A stretch of 12,743 nt of DNA from Candidatus Brocadiia bacterium (GTDB taxonomy: Bacteria > Planctomycetota > Brocadiia > SM23-32), in NCBI GenBank assembly GCA_046538485.1, contig JBKHIT010000096.1:1-12743 (forward strand), in the 5' to 3' direction. The position numbers were made by a program, and so were the translations under genes. How positions within the stretch are numbered: the first letter of the stretch is position 1; each line of letters starts with the position of its first letter. The notes beneath the pieces were generated by a model that saw only the letters and a list, made by a program, of their open reading frames with translations, ran no database searches and was not told where the DNA came from. This document shows, one piece after another, positions 7,280 to 12,743 of the stretch.

Positions 7280-9199
7280 CTATTCGCCACCAACCCCGAA
7301 CAGCGCAATATACCATTTGATAAACCGTTGACGCGGTTTGGATTCGATAAAATCGTCAAAATAAGATCGCAAAAAAAGGCCCTGGCTCTCTGGGTTAACA
7401 AACAAAGGCAACGCATCGAAAAGAGATTTTACGTCGTGGGCATTCAGCAAATCACGTAAAAACGCTGGCAACCAGCCAACCCAACAAGTCCTCGCCGAAT
7501 CCACAATCCAGAAGATCTTCTCTTCTAACGCCGAAGCTCCTCCCAACAATACACTCTGATTATTCAAATCCCCCTGAAACAAACCGCTTTCATGAAACCC
7601 GCGAACCAAGTTTGCTAACCTCTCGATCAATATCATTTCTTCCTTCTCGGAAACATCCGAACGGCCTTCTCGCCGATTTTTCAGCCAGTTTCTCAGAGTA
7701 ATTGCCCCCGGCATCCGCTCATGCAGAACTACATCCCTCACCTCCTCGTGCTGGTGGTTCCGCATCACGCAAACTCGAACAGGTACGTGCGGGTTAGCCT
7801 CAATCACACGCGCTGAGACTACGCCCGCGTTACGGATGAATCCTCCAGCCATCCTGCTCAATATACTGCTGAACCACTGCCCACTGAAACGGCATGTTCT
7901 GACAGAAAGGTCCCTGTCCCTTTCCTCGATTCGGGCCCGCGTAAATGTAAGTGAAGATGGCCCCTCGAACTCATCATTCTCCCATTTCCCCTCTGGTTCA
8001 TCGTGCTTGCTGAGCCAGCGGTAAAATTCCGGGGAGCTGTATTGCGTATTAATTGCACCTTCCCATTTCCCGAGCTCAAATCGGGTTGTAAAAGGACCGC
8101 GGATCGGACCTTCAAACGCCCTCTTGCCGCCCCCGCCGTTCAGCACACGTTCGGCCGCACCACACACCATATCAACGTTTATCTCACGCATACAACGTCG
8201 ATCGCTGCACCGTCGCTTATTGCAGGGTCGGCAACCCACATCCGCCACAACTACTTCGCTTCTGCTGCAATAGGGTCCGGTTTGTTCCGGATCTTTCGGC
8301 CCAAAAAGCGCCACCACAGGAACTTCAAGAGCCGAAGCCAGATGCATCGGTCCCGTATCACTCCCCAGGAAAAGATCTGCTTCTCGAAGAAGGTGGGCAA
8401 ACTGCTGAAGATGGCTGAACCGGGGCGCCAGCACGGCGCGGTGCCTGGTAGCACCAATAACCCTGTGAGCAAGCGCCTCTTCGCCCGGTCCGAAAGTCAC
8501 CATAACGCCCGCTCCATGCTCATCCATTAAATAACGAGCAACAGCCCCATATTTTTCCGGGCTCCATCTTTTGAAAGACGCGAATTTGCTGGTTCCCGGG
8601 TGAATAACAACCAACGGACGCGAAATCTCAGCACAGACTTCGCCAATAACCTCAGCAAATCGCCGTTGGATCGGGATCACGGGGACGGCAAAACGCGTGG
8701 GAATACCCAGAGGCGCAAGCAAAGCAAGGTAACGTTCTATCCTGTGACAACCCTCAGAAGGAGCATAAACCGTGTGAGACTGGAAAAGGTGACTCATCTC
8801 CCTTGACACTGGCGGGCTGAAACCGATTTTCTTGTTCGCTCCAGCAAACGCAACTATCCAGGCGCTTTTCAAACTGCTCTGAAAATCAATGCTTGCGTCG
8901 AAATGACGACCGCGCAAATCTGCCAGCAGTTCGGCAATCTCCGGCAGCATTTGTTTCCATTTCAGCGGGTTCTTCAGGGAACGTCCCCACTCAACTCGCG
9001 GGATAGTTATCAACTCATCAATATGAGGGTGCTGCTCAAGAAGCCCCGCAAAACGATCTTCAACCAACCAAGTGATGTGAGCCAGAGGACGATGTCTCCG
9101 AAGCAACGATAAGGCATTCAGAGTATGAATAACATCGCCCAGCCCGCTGAGTCTGATGCACAGCAGGCTACCCCCAGTTTCCGGTTCACAGATTGTCAT
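7280..9199 (-). CDS. Glycosyltransferase family 9 (LPS heptosyltransferase WaaC/WaaF-like) fused to a C-terminal LPS-kinase (Kdo/WaaP)-like domain
   Basis: GT9 motifs IRLSGLGDVIHT, DFQSSLKS, VIHPGTS...KRW, FLGSDTGPMHLASALEVPVVALFGP and a Cys cluster C.PC....C....CM. The C-terminal part has LVRGFHESGLFQGDLN...VLL and FWIVD, resembling the Kdo/WaaP kinase fold. ATG 9199 chosen by spacing from AAGGA; the alternative is GTG 9205. Confidence 0.88.
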   Translation of the reverse strand: MTICEPETGGSLLCIRLSGLGDVIHTLNALSLLRRHRPLAHITWLVEDRFAGLLEQHPHIDELITIPRVEWGRSLKNPLKWKQMLPEIAELLADLRGRHFDASIDFQSSLKSAWIVAFAGANKKIGFSPPVSREMSHLFQSHTVYAPSEGCHRIERYLALLAPLGIPTRFAVPVIPIQRRFAEVIGEVCAEISRPLVVIHPGTSKFASFKRWSPEKYGAVARYLMDEHGAGVMVTFGPGEEALAHRVIGATRHRAVLAPRFSHLQQFAHLLREADLFLGSDTGPMHLASALEVPVVALFGPKDPEQTGPYCSRSEVVVADVGCRPCNKRRCSDRRCMREINVDMVCGAAERVLNGGGGKRAFEGPIRGPFTTRFELGKWEGAINTQYSSPEFYRWLSKHDEPEGKWENDEFEGPSSLTFTRARIEERDRDLSVRTCRFSGQWFSSILSRMAGGFIRNAGVVSARVIEANPHVPVRVCVMRNHQHEEVRDVVLHERMPGAITLRNWLKNRREGRSDVSEKEEMILIERLANLVRGFHESGLFQGDLNNQSVLLGGASALEEKIFWIVDSARTCWVGWLPAFLRDLLNAHDVKSLFDALPLFVNPESQGLFLRSYFDDFIESKPRQRFIKWYIALFGVGGE

Positions 9200-9228
9200 C
9201 TGCACGATCCTTCATTATGTGATGAGTT

Positions 9229-10551
9229 TCATTCACTGACACGAAGTCTTTGTAAAGGGAGGGTGCGAGCAGCGAGATCGGAAATCCGGACCTGGAAATC
9301 GCCAAAAACCGCCGACTCCAGACGGTCATTCAACGGTTGCTTCCAATTCTCCGGGATCCCTTCTTCCCCAATCATAACCCCTGTGACCGACCCCACCGTT
9401 GCCCCATTGCAATCCGTATCCAGCCCCGCCATGACAGCCAACCCGACTCCCCGGGTAAAATCCTCTCCACCCCACAACAATGCCATTGCAACTATGGCAG
9501 CGTTATTAATCGTGTGCACCGGGCTGTATTCGCCAAATTCTTCAAGCAATCTCGTCGTGGCATCTTCCGCAGACAGATCTTCTTCATACCATTCAATCAC
9601 CTGCCGGATGGCAGCGTTCAAACGGGAATCCCCGGGGATTTCCGACAGACCAATTTCAATGATCCGACGCGGAGAATCCGTGGCAAATGCCGCTGCAATC
9701 ATCGCCGCCACCCACATCTCACCGTAAATCCCGTTGCGTGTGTGGCTCACAACGGCATCCCGGTAGGCAAGCTCCGCGGCCTCTTGCGGTCGCGCAGGAC
9801 AGGCATAACCCCAGGCATCAGCACGAATCTGAGCGCCGATCCATTCACGATAGGCATTGCGGTAACGTGCGCTTTCGGGGGGCCAAAGACCGTTAACTAT
9901 ATTGCGATACGCCACGCGTTCGGCCGTATACGTTTTTTGATAAGGCAGTAGTTCAAGCCACATCTGCGCAATATCGCGGGAATCAAAATTTTTCCCTTTC
10001 TCCTCCAGAGCACGCAGACCGATGATTGTATAATCCGTATCATCATCACGCATTCCGTGTGTAATATGCCCCCGCCGGAGTTCGAGCTCCTTCTCCGGCA
10101 AATCTTTTTCCTCTCCAGGGACGAGAGGAAAATAATCATCTAAAGGATAAGCCTTTGCCTCTTCGAGAACGTGCTGGATCTTGAATCGTTCCCACCCCTC
10201 GACCGGCTTGCCCAGCATGCAACCCGCCACTCGCCCTAACCAACCCCCGAGCGTTTTCTGTCGCAGTGTCTCTTCACCAATACCAACTCCCAGGCTCCGC
10301 GGGCCTTCGGGACGTTGATCCCGAACCTGTTCAAGATCGCTGGGTTCCCGGTAAGGGAAATCTTCCGTCGGTCTGAGATGCTCCAATACATCCAGGATCG
10401 ACTTCAATCTTTTCGCTGTTTGCTCACTTGAGACTTGACCCAACAACTTCAATTCCCGTTCCAGCTCCCAGGTGTCGCATCCCTGCTCGCTTCTGGTTTT
10501 GAGCTCCTCACGCGCGAAAGCAAGCAAATCTTCCATTTCAATTTCATCCAC
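9229..10551 (-). CDS. ADP-ribosylglycohydrolase family protein
   Basis: GGWLGRVAGCMLGKPVEG, DDDTDYT, GAQIRAD.WG, SH..NGIYGE and GLDTDCNGATVGS motifs including the Mg-binding acidic residues. GGAGG lies upstream of the GTG. Confidence 0.92.
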   Translation of the reverse strand: MDEIEMEDLLAFAREELKTRSEQGCDTWELERELKLLGQVSSEQTAKRLKSILDVLEHLRPTEDFPYREPSDLEQVRDQRPEGPRSLGVGIGEETLRQKTLGGWLGRVAGCMLGKPVEGWERFKIQHVLEEAKAYPLDDYFPLVPGEEKDLPEKELELRRGHITHGMRDDDTDYTIIGLRALEEKGKNFDSRDIAQMWLELLPYQKTYTAERVAYRNIVNGLWPPESARYRNAYREWIGAQIRADAWGYACPARPQEAAELAYRDAVVSHTRNGIYGEMWVAAMIAAAFATDSPRRIIEIGLSEIPGDSRLNAAIRQVIEWYEEDLSAEDATTRLLEEFGEYSPVHTINNAAIVAMALLWGGEDFTRGVGLAVMAGLDTDCNGATVGSVTGVMIGEEGIPENWKQPLNDRLESAVFGDFQVRISDLAARTLPLQRLRVSE

Positions 10552-10690
10552 TATTCACCCTCCTGCGCATAATATAACCCCATTCGGAAACATAGATATG
10601 GTAACTGGGGTTCAAGATCCAATCAACCTCTTGTCAGCCTCTTCGAATCTCCCAACAACTCCCGGACAGATATATGCTGACCGGTGGTAC

Positions 10691-10719
10691 AATAAAAAAG
10701 GGCGGCCAGGGCCGCCCTT
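10691..10719 (-). terminator. Rho-independent terminator after the Hsp20 cluster
   Basis: Minus strand AAGGGCGGC-CCTG-GCCGCCCTT running into TTTTTTATT, about 20 nt after the stop codon at 10739. Confidence 0.85.
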
Positions 10720-10738
10720 GTCGAGACTTTTTTAAAGG

Positions 10739-11218
10739 TCATTCACTTTTGATCTCTATTTTCTTCCCGCGCGCTTCCTCGTTTTTCGGTAGTTTGATCG
10801 TCAGCACCCCTTCGGAAAATGACGCTTCCACAGCTTCTTCATTCACGCTGCTGGGGAGAGGTACCGACCGACTGAACGAACCGTAAGTCCGTTCAACGCG
10901 AAGAAAGTTCTCTTCCTCCGTCTTCTCTTCCTCTCTTTTCTTGCCGCTAAGAGTCAACACGCCGTGATCAATATTCAGTTCCACGTCATCTTTGCTCATT
11001 CCGGGAAGTTCGGCTGTCACCTTGTATGCATCCTCGGTTTCGGAGATATCGAGGGCCGGTGACACCACCGATTCTTCGGAAGACCAGGGACTCCCTCCCC
11101 AGTCTCCGAAGAAATCCTCCAACATGTCCCGAAAGATATCAGGCGTTTCCTCTTTGTGAGCAAGATCAGTTTTTTGCCTTCTCCGTTTTGTCCAGGGTAC
11201 GAGATCTCGGAAAACCAT
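10739..11218 (-). CDS. Small heat shock protein Hsp20/alpha-crystallin family (third copy)
   Basis: PALDISET..AY.VTAELPG, LTLSG, ERTYGSFSRSVPLP, A.F.EGVLTI.LPK and C-terminal IEI. SD AAGGAGGT. Confidence 0.96.
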   Translation of the reverse strand: MVFRDLVPWTKRRRQKTDLAHKEETPDIFRDMLEDFFGDWGGSPWSSEESVVSPALDISETEDAYKVTAELPGMSKDDVELNIDHGVLTLSGKKREEEKTEEENFLRVERTYGSFSRSVPLPSSVNEEAVEASFSEGVLTIKLPKNEEARGKKIEIKSE

Positions 11219-11236
11219 GATTTACCTCCTTTTCCC

Positions 11237-11635
11237 CTAATCGCCCTGAATTTCAATGGTACGCCGTTTGTGTTGAGCCGATTTAGGAATCGTTAAGCGC
11301 AATACGCCGTCTTTCATCTTTGCTTCGACATTGTCAGTATCGAGACCTTCGCCGACCGCAAAGCGTCGGTGAAAGCCACCGACTTCATATTCGGCCAGAT
11401 CGCAGGTCATTTCTGGCTCTTTTTCCTCTTCAGTCTTTCCACTGATGGCAAGTGTTCCTTCTTCCAGAATCACCTCCACATTCTCTCGAGAAACTCCTGG
11501 CATATCAGCCACTACGATAATCGCATCATTTTTCTCAACGATATCGACCTGTGGGGCAAATAGCGCTTCATTTTCCATTTGCTCGGGGACAACCGCTTCG
11601 CCTTTCTTTTCCGTTATCTGTGTCTCTTCACTCAT
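11237..11635 (-). CDS. Small heat shock protein Hsp20 family (second copy, short N-terminus)
   Basis: PQVDIVE, ADMPGV, F.RRF, A.MKDGVLRLTIPK and C-terminal IEI. SD AAGGAG. Confidence 0.94.
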   Translation of the reverse strand: MSEETQITEKKGEAVVPEQMENEALFAPQVDIVEKNDAIIVVADMPGVSRENVEVILEEGTLAISGKTEEEKEPEMTCDLAEYEVGGFHRRFAVGEGLDTDNVEAKMKDGVLRLTIPKSAQHKRRTIEIQGD

Positions 11636-11695
11636 CTAAAGTTCTCCTTTTTCCGCTGAAACCAATACTTGCCCGGCGCCAAGAATAACTTACGC

Positions 11696-12136
11696 TTAAT
11701 CCTTGATCTCAATCTGCCGGGGTTTGCTGGCGTCACTGCGGGGCATTTCCACCCGGAGGACGCCCTCGTTGTAATCGGCTTCCGCTGCATCAGCTTCGAC
11801 ACCAAATGGGAGGGCAATCGTTCTGCGAAATGCTCCATGGCCCCGTTCGTGCCGCCGGAAACGCTCGCCTTCATCAAGCTCTTCCGATTCCCGTGACCCT
11901 TGAATCGTAAGTGTGTCATTCTCAACGGAGATATCCAGATCCTCAAGGTCAATCCCGGGGAGTTCAGCGGTAACGACGGCTTTTTCTTCGTTCGACCGAA
12001 CATTAACCGGAGGGAACCCTCCTCCAAAACTGGCCTGCGCGACATCGGAGAGCAATCTCCCCATTCGTCGTCGCACACGATCAATTTCATGCCACGGACT
12101 CAGTCCAAAACTTCGATTCCAATCCCAGAGCGTCAT
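11696..12136 (-). CDS. Small heat shock protein Hsp20 family (first copy)
   Basis: FPPVNV, VTAELPG, ERGHGAFRRTIALP, A.YNEGVL.V.MP and C-terminal IEI. Start placed at ATG 12136 after AAGGAGGT (12150-12143); the longer ORF-track start at 12244 would run through the promoter. Confidence 0.95.
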   Translation of the reverse strand: MTLWDWNRSFGLSPWHEIDRVRRRMGRLLSDVAQASFGGGFPPVNVRSNEEKAVVTAELPGIDLEDLDISVENDTLTIQGSRESEELDEGERFRRHERGHGAFRRTIALPFGVEADAAEADYNEGVLRVEMPRSDASKPRQIEIKD

Positions 12137-12200
12137 TTCTGGACCTCCTTTCACGCAAGTTACCTGAAAAGTCTTCAAAAAGGCCTCACTATGTGTAGTC

Positions 12201-12216
12201 GCAAAGTGCGTGCCAA
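12201..12216 (-). promoter_or_regulatory. Sigma-54 (RpoN) -24/-12 promoter for the Hsp20 operon
   Basis: Minus strand TTGGCACGCACTTTGC matches TGGCAC-N5-TTGC with exact GG-N10-GC spacing, 65 nt upstream of the first Hsp20 ATG. Confidence 0.85.
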
Positions 12217-12313
12217 TGAATAATACTATTCCGCTTATAACCATAAAGCACTACTAAATAAGCACTTATGTCGTTTGATACTATAAAATACTCAGCGCAA
12301 TGGGTCAAACGGG

Positions 12314-12326
12314 TGCCATTTTGGCA
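12314..12326. promoter_or_regulatory. Palindromic putative upstream activator (enhancer) site
   Basis: Perfect dyad TGCCA-TTT-TGGCA about 100 bp upstream of the -24 element, a typical distance for a bacterial enhancer-binding protein site. Confidence 0.55.
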
Positions 12327-12743
12327 GAATCAGGGAATTGCCCCTGCAGGTCACCCTCTTTTTAGCCCGTATTTCTCACGAACCTAAAGGCATAATTGTT
12401 ATAAACGGCAGCCCAGAAAGACTTTGCACTATATTTTGCATCTGATCTCGGTACACAGTCTGTAATCTGAGTCTAAAGACAGCGGTTTGCCCTCCGGGAG
12501 CGGCGCCAGCCGCCAGTTGGCGGTTTCTCTGAAGATAAATTACCAGAAGCTGCCAATAGTTACAGGAAGAGCGCCACGATTTTCACAGTGGTGTAAGAGG
12601 CTCTGCCTCTCTGCTTTGTCAGGCTGCAGTTGGGGTATGAGAATACACCCGCCTTTGCCTTCCGCGCAGCTGCAGCACTGGCGCCGCTGTAGAGTCGAAG
12701 ACTGGCGCGTCTGGGTTAGGTCGACGTTTGTTTTCTCTGTTTC

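Noticed and set aside
10588..10616. CTTGAA...CCATATCTATGT as a sigma-32-like or sigma-70 promoter for the ADP-ribosylglycohydrolase gene
   Set aside because: Spacing and -10 match are poor for either consensus, so it cannot be supported.
12137..12244. 36-codon N-terminal extension of the first Hsp20 in the ORF track
   Set aside because: It overlaps the sigma-54 promoter, and a strong SD sits directly before ATG 12136.
12555..12597. Minus-strand CCACTGTGAAAATCGTGG...CTGTAA resembling the T-loop hairpin of a cobalamin riboswitch
   Set aside because: It lacks the conserved GGGAA, CCCGC.ACUG and B12-box elements, and there is no B12-related downstream gene.
12540..12743. Open minus-strand frame of 67 codons entering from the window edge (ETEKTNVDL...GSFW*)
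   Set aside because: No recognisable protein features, and it cannot be evaluated without upstream sequence; not called as a CDS.
1..12743. CRISPR arrays, tRNA/rRNA, transposases, integrases
   Set aside because: Manual reading found no regularly spaced direct repeats, cloverleaf/T-arm signatures, rRNA motifs or mobile-element ORFs.

Overview
This is ordinary bacterial chromosomal sequence, probably from a Gram-negative lineage; the gene styles loosely suggest Planctomycetota/PVC, which is an inference only. The + strand carries a 5'-truncated rpsA with a ~200-aa acidic, Pro-rich tail, an RpoD/RpoS-like sigma-70 factor with an atypical region 2.4, and apt. The - strand, read in the direction of transcription, carries three tandem Hsp20 genes, an ADP-ribosylglycohydrolase-family gene, a GT9 heptosyltransferase fused to a degenerate LPS-kinase-like domain, a protein made of four 'FGSW..A..AAG' repeats, an MsbA-like ABC exporter and a small membrane-anchored coiled-coil protein. 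The Hsp20 genes have a near-perfect sigma-54 promoter, a palindromic upstream site, a possible RNA thermometer and an intrinsic terminator. I found no rRNA, tRNA, CRISPR array or transposase. The best leads for something new are the nuclease-less repeat protein with an abutting ~120-nt folded element, the GT9-pseudokinase fusion, the sigma-54/thermometer control of the Hsp20 triplet, and a hairpin-rich non-coding stretch at the right edge. None is proven from sequence alone.
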